Assembly (NCBI GenBank): GCA_049903315.1
Contig: JBNGBT010000003.1
Coordinates: 128,001-192,000 of the forward strand
Direction: 5' to 3'
Length of the DNA: 64,000 nt
Source of the DNA: Candidatus Cloacimonadota bacterium
GTDB taxonomy: Bacteria > Cloacimonadota > Cloacimonadia > JGIOTU-2
In this document: in pieces, positions 19,439 to 29,615 of the stretch
How positions within the stretch are numbered: position 1 is the first letter of the stretch
Layout: every line of letters begins with the position of its first letter
Notes under the pieces: model-generated
Databases searched by the model: none
What the model was told of the DNA's origin: nothing
What the model saw: the letters and a program-made list of their open reading frames with translations, nothing else
Translations under genes and position numbers: made by a program

Positions 19439-21453
19439 AGCACTTCACTTCCTTCAGGGACTTCTTTTTCGGGTATGACAACTGCGATACCTTCTTTAGA
19501 ATTTGCAGCAAGGATCATTCCGTTGGATTCCAGACCCATGAGCTTTCTCGGTTTCAGATTCATGAGCATGACGACATGTTTCCCGATCAGATCTTCCGGT
19601 TTATAATATTGAGATATACCTGCAATAATCTGTCTCTTTTCCCCTGCACATCCGACTTTGAGTTTGAGAAGTTTATTGGCTTTAGGGATTGCCTCTGCTG
19701 CAATCACCTTTACGACGCGCAGTTCGATCTTCGCAAAATCATCATATTCTATTTCGGGCTTATGCTCGAGTGCAGGAGCTGTGCCGGACTGCTTTTCAAG
19801 AAGCTCATTATGCAATTTCACCTCCTTGTCCGTGATCTTTCTGAAGAGGGGCTCAATTTCACCGAGTTGAGTTTTTTCAAGAGGATTATCGATCTCTTTC
19901 CATGCGAGTGGTCGATCAAGATTCATCATTTTTCTTAGTTTCCTCATGCTCTTAGGGAGAACAGGAGAGAGTATGATCGAGATGATGCGAAGCAATTCCC
20001 CACACACATAGAGAGTTTCTGCCGCATTTTCTTTATTTTCTTTCACCGCTTTCCACGGACTGGTCTCATCAAAATATTTGTTGCCCGAGCGTGCAATATC
20101 CATAATGAGTTTTACTGCTTTGCGCACTCTGTAATTCTCGTAACATTCTTTTATTTCCGAAACAAGTTTATGGGCATCCTGAAGAGTTTCCTGAGAGAGC
20201 GTTGTGAGGTGTTCTGGTTTTTCTATTTTTCCATCAAAATATTTATTTACAAAAGTAAAAACACGGTTTGCAAGATTGCCGAGGATATTCGCAAGCTCGT
20301 TATTGACCTTTGCCTGAAAATCTTCCCATGTGAAGTCACTGTCCTTATTTTCCGGGGCAATTGCAGCAAGGTAGTAACGCAGAAATTCCGGGTTGAAATA
20401 TTTCACAACATCCTTCACCCAAATTGCATAATTTTTGCTGGTTGATGATTTCTGCCCTTTGATATTGAGATATTCATTCGCCGGCACATCATAAGGAAGT
20501 ACAAAATTCTCTTCCTGCTCCATAAGCACTGAGGGGAAGATGATCGTGTGGAATGGTATGTTATCTTTGCCGATAAAATGGATGAGCTTTGTGTCCTGAT
20601 TAAGCCAGTAATCTTTCCAGCGGTCAGGTGTTCCAAGGTTCTTTGCCCATTCCACTGTGGAAGAAATGTAACCGATCGGTGCATCGAACCACACATAGAG
20701 CACTTTTCCTTCTGCGTTTTCCAGAGGTACTGGAATTCCCCAGTCCAGATCGCGGGTGATTGAGCGCTCGATAAGTCCTTCATTCAGCCAACTCAGGATG
20801 AAATTGAGTACATTCTCTTTCCAGTAGGTTTTTGTTTCTAACCATTTGCGGAGCGGTTCTTCAAATTTGGGCAGTTCAAGATACCAGTTTGTCGTTTCTT
20901 TGATGACTGGTGTGTTCCCGCAAATTTTACATTTAGGATCGATCAATTTTGTGGCATCGATCAGTTTTCCACAGGAATCACACTGATCGCCGCGAGCGCC
21001 TTCTGCACCGCAGTATGGACAGGTTCCTTCGATATATCTGTCTGCCAGAAAACGTTTGTCATGTTCGCAATAATGCTGTTGTGTGGTTTTCTGTATCACA
21101 TAACCTGCATTGAAAAGACTCAGGAAGAATTTTTGTGAGATCTCTGTATGAACAGGGCGCGCAGTCCCCGAGAAATTATCAAAATTTATGTCAAGATCCT
21201 GAAAACTTTTTACAATGCTATCATGATAATAATCAACGATTTCGCGTGGAGTTTTACCTTCAGCTTCCGCTTTGATGGAGATGGGAGCGCCGTTTTCATC
21301 CGAGCCGCATATATAGATCACATCATTGCCGAGCAGCTTCTGAAATCGAACAAAAATGTCTGCAGGAAGGTATGCTCCTGCAACGTGCCCGATATGGAGA
21401 TGTCCGTTTGCATAGGGAAGAGCACTGGTTACCAAGTATTTTTCTTTTTTCAT
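19435..21453 (-). CDS. metG: Methionyl-tRNA synthetase with C-terminal tRNA-binding domain
   Basis: TSALPYANGHLHIGH, Zn knuckles, YVWFDA, FIGKDNIPFH, C-terminal Trbp111-like domain. Confidence 0.97.
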   Translation of the reverse strand: MKKEKYLVTSALPYANGHLHIGHVAGAYLPADIFVRFQKLLGNDVIYICGSDENGAPISIKAEAEGKTPREIVDYYHDSIVKSFQDLDINFDNFSGTARPVHTEISQKFFLSLFNAGYVIQKTTQQHYCEHDKRFLADRYIEGTCPYCGAEGARGDQCDSCGKLIDATKLIDPKCKICGNTPVIKETTNWYLELPKFEEPLRKWLETKTYWKENVLNFILSWLNEGLIERSITRDLDWGIPVPLENAEGKVLYVWFDAPIGYISSTVEWAKNLGTPDRWKDYWLNQDTKLIHFIGKDNIPFHTIIFPSVLMEQEENFVLPYDVPANEYLNIKGQKSSTSKNYAIWVKDVVKYFNPEFLRYYLAAIAPENKDSDFTWEDFQAKVNNELANILGNLANRVFTFVNKYFDGKIEKPEHLTTLSQETLQDAHKLVSEIKECYENYRVRKAVKLIMDIARSGNKYFDETSPWKAVKENKENAAETLYVCGELLRIISIILSPVLPKSMRKLRKMMNLDRPLAWKEIDNPLEKTQLGEIEPLFRKITDKEVKLHNELLEKQSGTAPALEHKPEIEYDDFAKIELRVVKVIAAEAIPKANKLLKLKVGCAGEKRQIIAGISQYYKPEDLIGKHVVMLMNLKPRKLMGLESNGMILAANSKEGIAVVIPEKEVPEGSEVL

Positions 21454-22199
21454 TACTTTTTCCTGATTTGATTTTTTACAGAATCTATTGCCTGCTGCAC
21501 CTTTTCCTGGTCACCGAGATAATAGTGAGTCTGAGCTTTCAGCTCATTATCGAGTTCATAGATCAGCGGAATGCCTGTAGGAATATTGAGTCCAACTATC
21601 TCTTCATCGGAAATATTGTCCAAATATTTTACAAGCGCTCTCAAACTGTTTCCATGTGCTACGATGATAACTTTCTTATCCTGCCTTATCGCAGGAATTA
21701 TCGTATTTTTCCAATAGGGAAGAAATCTCGCAACTGTATCTTTCAGGCATTCGGTCAAAGGAAGGTCTTTTTTGGACACATTGGCGTACATCGGATTATT
21801 GCCCGGGTAACGAGGATCGTCCTCCGTGAGTGCAGGAGGACGTGTGTCATAACTTCTGCGCCAGATGAGTACTTGCTTCTCGCCATATTTATCAGCGGTC
21901 TCTTTTTTATTGAGTCCTTGCAGCGCGCCATAATGCCTTTCGTTCAGACGCCATGACCGCTCCACAGGAAGCCACATCATATCCATGTCATCCATCACGA
22001 TCCACAACGTTCTGATCGCGCGTTTGAGCACAGAAGTGAACACAATATCAAAGGTGAATCCTTCTTTCTGCAGCAGTTCTGCGGATTCATGTGCTTCCAG
22101 AATTCCTTTTTCAGAAAGATCGACATCTGTCCAGCCGGTGAACTTATTTTCCTTATTCCAGATGCTTTCGCCATGACGCAAGAGAACGAGTTTATGCAT
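21453..22199 (-). CDS. gpmA: 2,3-bisphosphoglycerate-dependent phosphoglycerate mutase
   Basis: [29 protein letters not shown]. True start MHKLVLLRH at 22199; the ORF-track extension overlaps the aldolase. Confidence 0.96.
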   Translation of the reverse strand: MHKLVLLRHGESIWNKENKFTGWTDVDLSEKGILEAHESAELLQKEGFTFDIVFTSVLKRAIRTLWIVMDDMDMMWLPVERSWRLNERHYGALQGLNKKETADKYGEKQVLIWRRSYDTRPPALTEDDPRYPGNNPMYANVSKKDLPLTECLKDTVARFLPYWKNTIIPAIRQDKKVIIVAHGNSLRALVKYLDNISDEEIVGLNIPTGIPLIYELDNELKAQTHYYLGDQEKVQQAIDSVKNQIRKK

Positions 22200-23103
22200 A
22201 CTGACTGCCTTTGTAAATACTGAGTGCATCTTCGGGTGTTCTCCCTTCCACTGTGATGGCAAAGATTGCTCTGCACAAACGGACAGCTTCGGGTAATGTT
22301 TTCTGATGGATGTTCCTGCCGGTTGCATTTCCTGCTGCACCTGCCTGTATCTGGTCATACATTCGAGTGAGAAATTCACCCACATCGACCGATGACCCAC
22401 CTGCGCATATCACGCCTGTTCTTCCGGCAGCTCTTATTGCTTCTTTAAAATCTTCCTTTGCCTGATACGTATCGGGATAGTTCACCTTCACGAAATCTGC
22501 ACCAAGGCATGCCGCAACACCAGTCGCACCTGCAATGAGGTGCGGATCTTTTTCATTGGCTACTGCTTTTCCGCGCGGGTATATCCAGAGTATTGCAATG
22601 AGTGCGTTTTCATGCGCATTGCGTATTACTTGCGCCGCAGTCTGAAGCATAATGTCCTCGAATTCACTGCCAAGGTATACTGTATAACCTACACCGAGGA
22701 TCTTCAAATCGCTGATATTCTTGAAATGGACTACCTGCTGAACAGTAGTGAGCAGTGGACTTAATGGGTCGCGCTGCGAGGTTTTGACCAGGTTGGTCTT
22801 GGAGTTGAGCTTCACCACATAGGGGATATTGCGATAACTGTCGCCATATCTGGAGATCAAACCAAGTTGCGTGGCAAATGCACCGATCGGAGATTGTGCA
22901 GCGATCTTGAAAAGATGCTCAGGATCGGAGTCCTCAGGAGCAATTCCTTCTCCATAGAAGTCATCGTTGAGGTGCTCGATTTTTTGATCTCCGGCAAAAA
23001 GCATCAACCGTCCGCTTTTGCGCGTGATCTCCTGATAATTAAAAATAAAGGTGCCCTTCACCTCATTAGGAATATCAACAGGTACGCATATTTTGTCTTG
23101 CAT
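22192..23103 (-). CDS. Class I (DhnA-type) fructose-bisphosphate aldolase family
   Basis: [33 protein letters not shown] (Schiff-base Lys), [10 protein letters not shown]. Confidence 0.88.
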   Translation of the reverse strand: MQDKICVPVDIPNEVKGTFIFNYQEITRKSGRLMLFAGDQKIEHLNDDFYGEGIAPEDSDPEHLFKIAAQSPIGAFATQLGLISRYGDSYRNIPYVVKLNSKTNLVKTSQRDPLSPLLTTVQQVVHFKNISDLKILGVGYTVYLGSEFEDIMLQTAAQVIRNAHENALIAILWIYPRGKAVANEKDPHLIAGATGVAACLGADFVKVNYPDTYQAKEDFKEAIRAAGRTGVICAGGSSVDVGEFLTRMYDQIQAGAAGNATGRNIHQKTLPEAVRLCRAIFAITVEGRTPEDALSIYKGSQYA

Positions 23104-23125
23104 ATGTCATCCAATATTTTTTGAT

Positions 23126-23164
23126 AAAAAGGAGTGCCCCTTCACAAGAAGAACACTCCTTTAT
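23126..23164 (-). terminator. Intrinsic terminator after SPFH gene
   Basis: AAAAGGAGTG...CACTCCTTTT inverted repeat just downstream of the stop at 23176. Confidence 0.7.
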
Positions 23165-23175
23165 AAAGTAATGTT

Positions 23176-23922
23176 TTATTTGCCTATTTTATCGAGAAAG
23201 CCCTGAATAAGGTCGATTGGGAGAGGAAATACGATGGTAGAATTCTTTTCTGCAGCGATCTCATTGAGCGTTTGCAGGTAACGGAGCTGGATGGAAGCGG
23301 GATTTTGAGCGAGTACTTTTGCTGCTTCTGCGAGCTGTTTGGAAGCTTGAAGTTCACCTTCGGCATGGATGATCTTGGCGCGGCGCTCACGCTCTGCTTC
23401 TGCCTGGCGTGCCATCGCCCTCTGCATTGTGGAAGGAAGCTCCACGTCTTTGACCTCGACCACGCTCACTTTAATACCCCACGGATCGGTCTGTTCGTCG
23501 ATCACTTTCTGGAGTTCTATGCTGATCTTATCTCTTTCGGAAAGGAGTTCATCGAGTTCTGATTTACCGAGAATATTCCTCAAAGTGGTTTGAGCGATCT
23601 GCGAAGTCGCCTGTACGTAGTTCTCAATTTTGACAACTGCATCTTCCGGGTTGATCACACGGAAATACACGACTGCATTGACTTTCACCGGTACATTATC
23701 GCGTGTGATAATATCCTGCGGCGGCACGTCCATGGTAACGGTACGAAGTTCGACCTTTACCATTCTGTCGATAAAGGGAATGAGCAGGAACAGTCCGGGA
23801 CCCTTTGCCCGAAGAAGTCTCCCAAGGCGGAACACAACACCGCGTTCATATTCACGAACGACGCGTATTGCCTTGAACAATATAATAAGCCCGAGCGCAA
23901 CTATTATAATAATTGTTTGCAT
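23176..23922 (-). CDS. SPFH/band-7 (stomatin/slipin) membrane protein
   Basis: N-terminal [42 protein letters not shown]. Confidence 0.95.
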   Translation of the reverse strand: MQTIIIIVALGLIILFKAIRVVREYERGVVFRLGRLLRAKGPGLFLLIPFIDRMVKVELRTVTMDVPPQDIITRDNVPVKVNAVVYFRVINPEDAVVKIENYVQATSQIAQTTLRNILGKSELDELLSERDKISIELQKVIDEQTDPWGIKVSVVEVKDVELPSTMQRAMARQAEAERERRAKIIHAEGELQASKQLAEAAKVLAQNPASIQLRYLQTLNEIAAEKNSTIVFPLPIDLIQGFLDKIGK

Positions 23923-24010
23923 ACGAACCTCCTATTTTAAGCTTTAAATGAAATACTTATTTGTAAAATGAGCTGTCAATTTATTTGGGAAATTTGTGAA
24001 AATAGAATAA

Positions 24011-24412
24011 TTATCTAAGCATTTTTTTCCATTTTGAATATATCTTCCTTGATAAGTTTATTGTGTGACATGATAAACCCAATGTTGTAATAAATATTGC
24101 AAAATACATTAGTTTTACAGCATTATAGTTTTTATAGGATTTTAGACCAATTGATATAAGACTATCTATAGCTTCTATTAAAATTTTTATAAAATCTGGT
24201 AAAAGTATGAGAGTTAAAATGGAGGTAGCTAACGCTAAAGGTAAAGCACGAGTATGATACACCGTCGATGCGGTCTTGATTGATTTTTTTCTGTCCTCTA
24301 AATGCTCTTCAGGTATTAAATCTATCGTTTTTTTGATTTCATTATACCAAGAACTATATAAAAGACCAATAACCGCTAAAAATAAACTTGAAGCAGATAA
24401 TAGATCATTCAT
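24011..24412 (-). CDS. Small membrane protein (about 3 TM), unknown function
   Basis: 133 aa with three hydrophobic segments; starts 1 nt after the upstream gene stop; AT-rich. Confidence 0.65.
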   Translation of the reverse strand: MNDLLSASSLFLAVIGLLYSSWYNEIKKTIDLIPEEHLEDRKKSIKTASTVYHTRALPLALATSILTLILLPDFIKILIEAIDSLISIGLKSYKNYNAVKLMYFAIFITTLGLSCHTINLSRKIYSKWKKMLR

Positions 24413-24413
24413 T

Positions 24414-24998
24414 TCATCCTTTCAATTTAGATTTCACTCCAAACTCCTTACATAATTCATTATATGATGACGGCTTAAATGTGTAGACGGATACGCTGCC
24501 TTGTTTTTTTCGAACAGGTGGAAGGCTTGAATTAATCTGAATAAGTCTTTTGTTGAACTCATCGACAAGATTTACATTATGAATACCTACTGATAATTCA
24601 TTCTTCTCATTATTAATTTTAACTGATTCAATCAACAACTTTAAAGTATTATTTATTTCGTCTTGTAATAAATACTGATACTTGGACATAACTGCACGAA
24701 TAAGAGATCTGCTATTAGTAGATGTCATTTGAAATAAACGACAAACTCTTTGTTCGTCTGGAATTAGTCCAGAACAAACATTTTTAACAAGTAAATAAAG
24801 TCTATATTCAAGAATGTCGGAACCTCGACTAAAGACTTTTTGACCTAAAAACATTGTAACAAATTCAGTTAAGGCAGTTTTAGAATATTGTTTTAATCTG
24901 TTCTCTAATTCAGATTCTTGACAACCAATTATTTTTGATAACTCTATAATGTCTACTCCATTTAGATTAAGTTTAGTTTCGATTGTTAATTCAGGCAT
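24414..24998 (-). CDS. Hypothetical cytoplasmic protein (possible HTH-like segment)
   Basis: 194 aa, GGAGGAG RBS; segment PDEQRVCRLFQMTSTNSRSLI resembles an HTH. Confidence 0.7.
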   Translation of the reverse strand: MPELTIETKLNLNGVDIIELSKIIGCQESELENRLKQYSKTALTEFVTMFLGQKVFSRGSDILEYRLYLLVKNVCSGLIPDEQRVCRLFQMTSTNSRSLIRAVMSKYQYLLQDEINNTLKLLIESVKINNEKNELSVGIHNVNLVDEFNKRLIQINSSLPPVRKKQGSVSVYTFKPSSYNELCKEFGVKSKLKG

Positions 24999-25009
24999 AT
25001 CTCCTCCAA

Positions 25010-25906
25010 TTATTTATTTTCTCTTTTTATTAAACCCTTAAAACTTAATAGAACAAATTGCGATAAAGTTAATGCTAAGTTCCTTAATAGTCTTGCTTGA
25101 TCACTTTTAGCCATATAAGGATGACCACCTGTATGACTAAGCAGACCATATAACTTTGCTATTGCTTCTTTTTCTTTGGTTTCAATTATTTTTTTTGCTT
25201 CAAGATAATCTCTTACTTTTTGCGGTTTTTCGAACAGAGTATTGGGTATTATTCCTTTTTCATTCTCATATATTACTTTTACAGTTTCTCTTAATACTGA
25301 TTCAAAAAATTTCCTCGAATTGGATATTGAATCATCCCACTTTTGATCAATAAAGTGTTGTTCAGATAAATCTAAATGATGAAAAGCAGTTTTTTGATTA
25401 CCTAGATTTAATTCTTCATATAAATTTTTTAATACTCCCTTAGCTTCTTTTATATCAATGGCATCAGATTCGGGTTTTTGTAATTTGCCATTCTGGAATA
25501 TATAACCATCCAATTCCAATGTTCTTTTCAAGCTATTAATTTGTTTATTATAAATAGTTTTTTCGGTTGAATTAAAAGTCGATATCTCTACTAAAGCATC
25601 TTCAGCAAGTTTTTCTAAATATTTAATGCCCAATAATTGTTTTTCTGATTCAGGATAATTTGGATACGCATCAGATATAGTCTCACCTGTGTGCAATCTC
25701 ATTACCCATTCTTGTATTGCCCTTTCACCATATAAATCTTTAATAGAGTTAAGAAACCACTCTTCGTAATCTGCCTTGTACAAAAAATCATAAAAATTCC
25801 CCTTATCAATTACTATTCTGTCATAATAAAAGCCGGTCGTATCTTTAGTGGTATATTTTTTCTCATAAAATTCAGCAATAGCAATGGCAGTTATTCTTGA
25901 TATCAT
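25010..25906 (-). CDS. Putative abortive-infection (Abi_C/AbiJ-like, HEPN-like helical) protein
   Basis: C-terminal HHLDLSEQHF...WDDSISNSRKFFESVLR...LYGLLSHTGGHP pattern resembles Abi_C-like domains; GGAG RBS. Confidence 0.55.
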   Translation of the reverse strand: MISRITAIAIAEFYEKKYTTKDTTGFYYDRIVIDKGNFYDFLYKADYEEWFLNSIKDLYGERAIQEWVMRLHTGETISDAYPNYPESEKQLLGIKYLEKLAEDALVEISTFNSTEKTIYNKQINSLKRTLELDGYIFQNGKLQKPESDAIDIKEAKGVLKNLYEELNLGNQKTAFHHLDLSEQHFIDQKWDDSISNSRKFFESVLRETVKVIYENEKGIIPNTLFEKPQKVRDYLEAKKIIETKEKEAIAKLYGLLSHTGGHPYMAKSDQARLLRNLALTLSQFVLLSFKGLIKRENK

Positions 25907-25961
25907 TTTAACTCCACGTTTTATTTTAACACATTCTATTAATTATGATATGTCACTAGAT

Positions 25962-26468
25962 TTATGATTCATTAAATAGTACACTTGGAACCTCTTCACA
26001 GAAAATTGGAAATAAAACATTAATAATTGTTTCAGCAGATAATGAACGAAGCTGAGGACTGAATCCCATTTCACCATAGTCAAGCCCCAACATAAATTTG
26101 CAAATTATAACAAATCTTTCTTGTAATTTCATCAACTCCCAACATATTTCTTCATTTGATGTGATTTCATCCAATATCATATTTGGAGTAATATATTTAT
26201 ATCTAATATTCAAACGTAATCTAGAAAATATTAAGGTAATCCAAAAATCATCATCTGATGTTTTAAACTTTTTTGAGATATCTTGCATCGTGTCGTACAT
26301 TGCAATGAGGAAACCTATATGATGGGATAATATTTTGATTATTATTCTTTTACTCATATCTTCAATTCCAAGTGTTTCACAAATTATTTTATCTTTATAA
26401 TATTTTGATGCAATTTTTCTTGGCAAAAAAACTGTACGCTTTAGATTGTTAAATAAACCTTTCATCAT
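25962..26468 (-). CDS. Hypothetical protein
   Basis: 168 aa ORF in AT-rich DNA, co-oriented with neighbours, downstream of repeat copy 1. Confidence 0.55.
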   Translation of the reverse strand: MMKGLFNNLKRTVFLPRKIASKYYKDKIICETLGIEDMSKRIIIKILSHHIGFLIAMYDTMQDISKKFKTSDDDFWITLIFSRLRLNIRYKYITPNMILDEITSNEEICWELMKLQERFVIICKFMLGLDYGEMGFSPQLRSLSAETIINVLFPIFCEEVPSVLFNES

Positions 26469-26535
26469 TCAGTCCTGTTTAAAAAATAAATCACTAATTG
26501 TTGCCGAAAAATTTATTTGAAATATTTCCATTTCT

Positions 26536-26610
26536 TTTTCACCTCAGTTTTTCCAATCATGGCATGTGTACGTTATGTAGAAAATTATATCACATGCGTC
26601 AAGAATTTTT
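26536..26610. repeat. Diverged direct repeat, copy 1 (contains minus-strand TTGACG)
   Basis: 26581-26610 AAAATTATATCACATGCGTCAAGAATTTTT matches 28664-28693 at 28/30; weaker similarity extends left (TTCCAATCAT.GCAT). Confidence 0.8.
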
Positions 26611-26779
26611 ATTGGTCATATTCTATGACATATATCCTATTCATAATAAGTGCTCTTCTTTTTTTAGTTTTTCATGAAAATATGTTTAGAAACAAAATCA
26701 TCCAGATTACGTAATGCTGTTCGATCAGAGATATTGCTAAGCCTTTGATATCTTGAGTTACATCAAATTTCCTAAAATA

Positions 26780-27901
26780 TTATAGAAATTCATAATGCAA
26801 TGGTTTATTATTTAAATCAATCTTAGAAAGCACCTCCTCTCTTTCACTATTCTCCATTTTATTAAAATTGTACAGCAGCTTATTTATAACATGATTTCTA
26901 CACTGTAGTTGACATTCATCATAATTACAACTTTTAATTATCTCCTTCCTAGCAGATGATGATAAGATTTCTTTCAAAGAGCTTTTATTTAGATTGCCAA
27001 TTAGAAAATTCTTATTGCCAATATGAGTACAACAGAAGTAAACATTAAAATCATGACCGATAGAAGCAGTAAAATTGCCACCTGGGCAACCAGTATATTG
27101 CTTATAAACTTTATTTAAATAATATTCATTAAATTTATTAATATTTGGAACAACATTAAAAGTAGAGTTACTATAACATCTTTTTAGATGTTCCAAAAAA
27201 GATTTTTGTTTTTGATAAAATGAATAGTTGGGTTTGAACGGTTCATTGGGTACATTATCAACTGGTCTTATTTGTAAAAAATCAATACCCAATTTTGAAA
27301 AGATCTTAACTGTATTTTCAATATCCTTCCTTGTTTGGTCGTACCATACAATGTGCAGTCCTATTAGTATTGATGATTTTTGTTGCTTTTTCATATCAAC
27401 TATTTTTTCAATGTTTCTTAGTATTTTAGGCAAATCTATTTTCCCAGGTTTTCTAATTTGTTTAAATACTTCAGGATTAACCGAATCAAGGCTTATCCTA
27501 CAAAATTTTGCATTATTAATAATAGCCCGGGTATTGTCTTCTGAAAAATTTGATCCATTAGTTAAGACACCAACAGACAACCCCTTTTTCTTAGCATGGG
27601 TAATTGCATAAGGTAGCCAAGGATTTAATAGTGGTTCACCTCCACCAGTAAAAGTTATTGCCATAGATATTTCAGCGATTTGATTTATCACAGAGGTTAT
27701 TTGAGCCCTACTCAGGCTGGCTTTACTCTGGAATGGCTTGCTACAACAATATACACAGTTTTGATTACAAAATCCCGTCAGGGATATTTCAAAAACAATA
27801 GGGTATACTAATTCATTATTCAAGAACTTTCTCAATCTATCAGTATGATAAAATATTTTTTCTTGAGAAAATTGATTTTTCGATAATCTAACTTCTTCCA
27901 T
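26780..27901 (-). CDS. Radical SAM protein with C-terminal SPASM/twitch domain
   Basis: CNQNCVYC, TGGGEP, LTNGS, RISLDS; C-terminal CPGG...VYFCC...IGNL...C...C...C. Confidence 0.9.
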   Translation of the reverse strand: MEEVRLSKNQFSQEKIFYHTDRLRKFLNNELVYPIVFEISLTGFCNQNCVYCCSKPFQSKASLSRAQITSVINQIAEISMAITFTGGGEPLLNPWLPYAITHAKKKGLSVGVLTNGSNFSEDNTRAIINNAKFCRISLDSVNPEVFKQIRKPGKIDLPKILRNIEKIVDMKKQQKSSILIGLHIVWYDQTRKDIENTVKIFSKLGIDFLQIRPVDNVPNEPFKPNYSFYQKQKSFLEHLKRCYSNSTFNVVPNINKFNEYYLNKVYKQYTGCPGGNFTASIGHDFNVYFCCTHIGNKNFLIGNLNKSSLKEILSSSARKEIIKSCNYDECQLQCRNHVINKLLYNFNKMENSEREEVLSKIDLNNKPLHYEFL

Positions 27902-28565
27902 TCGTCTCTATTTTCCAACTATTATCAATTGCTTTGTTTGCTTTCATATCATATTTTATAGTATAAAATCTATGTAGTAAAAGAATAATAATGGGCGGAA
28001 AAGATAATATATATATATATAAATCTTTAAAACTAATAGTATTTAATAAAAAATATGATAATATAATTAGTAAAACATATATATATAAAATGATAGTAAA
28101 TAATATAAAGAAGTTCAATATGGTACCCATTCCAACCTTTGTCGCTAATTTATTTGCATAAAAAAAATTTTCAATTTTATCAGTAGATACTTCATTTATT
28201 TCTAAGATAACACGCCGCAGAAAATTCATTCTGCTAATGTATAGCCTGTGAGTATAATTACCTCTTACATTATAAAAGTAAACACATGATGCAAATCCTA
28301 TTAAAAAAATAACCGTTATAAAAAAAATGGGGAAAATAATGTTATTTGTTTGAATTACATCTTTACTATTTAAAATATCTTCAATCTTACTAAATTGATT
28401 TGCTAAAAAAAATAGAGATGCAGATAATATTGCCGCTACTAAGGCTGTGTAAATCTGAACTATAAATTGTATCTTTTTATCTGTTGATTCTAATTTGGCT
28501 GATGTATCCTTGAAATCTTCAATTAAAAAATCTATAATACCTTGCCCAGTATCTGTTCTATTCAT
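27888..28565 (-). CDS. Four-TM membrane protein of unknown function
   Basis: Four hydrophobic segments, extremely AT-rich; GGAGG RBS before MNRTD; 14-nt overlap with the radical SAM gene. Confidence 0.7.
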   Translation of the reverse strand: MNRTDTGQGIIDFLIEDFKDTSAKLESTDKKIQFIVQIYTALVAAILSASLFFLANQFSKIEDILNSKDVIQTNNIIFPIFFITVIFLIGFASCVYFYNVRGNYTHRLYISRMNFLRRVILEINEVSTDKIENFFYANKLATKVGMGTILNFFILFTIILYIYVLLIILSYFLLNTISFKDLYIYILSFPPIIILLLHRFYTIKYDMKANKAIDNSWKIETNGRS

Positions 28566-28617
28566 TGTATCCTCCATTTTTTATCGCTATTGTACAATAA
28601 ATTTGAATGATAAAACA

Positions 28618-28735
28618 TTTTTCATCTTAATTATTCCAATCATTGCATATAGAGAGTTTTTATAAAATCATATCACATACGTCAAGAATTTTTTTAGCAA
28701 AGAGAAACTTGAAATTTGAAATTCGAAATTGGAAA
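28618..28735. repeat. Diverged direct repeat, copy 2, with GAAAyTn heptamer array
   Basis: Shares its left part with copy 1 and its right part (CGTCAAGAATTTTT...AAAGAGAAACTTGAAATTTGAAATTCGAAATTGGA) with copy 3. Confidence 0.8.
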
Positions 28736-28740
28736 TAAGT

Positions 28741-29547
28741 TCAGTTGTTGTCTTTACAATACTTTTCAGTATATTTTTTTGCTGTCTGTTCAACCCACTT
28801 TCGTGAAGGATCGCACACAATCATGAGAACAGGAAATAGCAATATCGAAAGCCCTGCGAGTATTTTGCTGAATGTGTTTGAAGCATAATCCGAGAACGGA
28901 TTGTAACCACGCGTATATAGGAAAAGGAAAATGAGGAAAAGCGAAACACCCAGCAGGATCCTCCTCATGTGAATTGTTCTGATGGGCGCCAGGACATAAA
29001 ATTTGATGATCACTTTTCGAAACAATGTGTAAAGGCAGAAGGTAACCATGATCGACCCGGGTATAAAAACCAGCCATGGTGAAATGTTCAAACCGTGTAC
29101 AAATCTCCCGATATCTCCCCACTTCGTGAACGTATCCAAAGGGATGTAACCGAAAATCGCCATCATGTTCAGCACACATGACCAGAACAAAATGCAAAGA
29201 ATCCACAATGAGCGCATTGCGAATCTTTTGGTAAAGAGAAATAATGACAGAAAGAACAGCACTGTGTTCACAGTAAAACCGCTGATGCCTATGAGTGCTG
29301 CCTGGATGCCGTGCCCGGCTTTGAGTATACTGTCGTATGGAACAGCTTCGTCGCAATTAAGGACCAACCAGCCGCCATAATGAATGTCGAAAGGACTGCT
29401 TTTATATCCTAATATCCAGGAAGTTAAGCCATGTCCCCATTCGTGGAAAAGGACAACAACGTAATACATAAGCGGCAAAGTGAGTGCCAAAGCAAGAAAA
29501 ACAATCAGGGGATTCCGTTCTTTTATTTCCAAAATTGAGTCTATCAT
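28741..29547 (-). CDS. Multi-pass membrane protein with HExxH motif (M50-like zinc metalloprotease candidate)
   Basis: FHEWGHG following a TM segment, later GDIGRF; several TM helices; alternative start 29553. Confidence 0.65.
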   Translation of the reverse strand: MIDSILEIKERNPLIVFLALALTLPLMYYVVVLFHEWGHGLTSWILGYKSSPFDIHYGGWLVLNCDEAVPYDSILKAGHGIQAALIGISGFTVNTVLFFLSLFLFTKRFAMRSLWILCILFWSCVLNMMAIFGYIPLDTFTKWGDIGRFVHGLNISPWLVFIPGSIMVTFCLYTLFRKVIIKFYVLAPIRTIHMRRILLGVSLFLIFLFLYTRGYNPFSDYASNTFSKILAGLSILLFPVLMIVCDPSRKWVEQTAKKYTEKYCKDNN

Positions 29548-29615
29548 GTGCACACCCGATTCATTTTTTTATTCATAACAATTAGCATTGCTGTTCTTCT
29601 TCAGAGTTGCTTCTT

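Noticed and set aside
22200..22400. N-terminal extension of gpmA in the ORF track
   Set aside because: Overlaps the aldolase in another frame; the conserved protein starts at 22199
11556..23103. Long co-oriented run mixing glycolysis, translation and cell-wall genes as a special system
   Set aside because: Ordinary housekeeping gene packing; no functional theme evident
26517..26714. 65-aa plus-strand ORF
   Set aside because: TTG start, no RBS, opposite to all neighbours, and runs across repeat copy 1
26780..27901. Radical SAM as a viperin or RiPP maturase
   Set aside because: The C-terminal SPASM-like Cys cluster is unlike viperin, and no precursor peptide was found nearby
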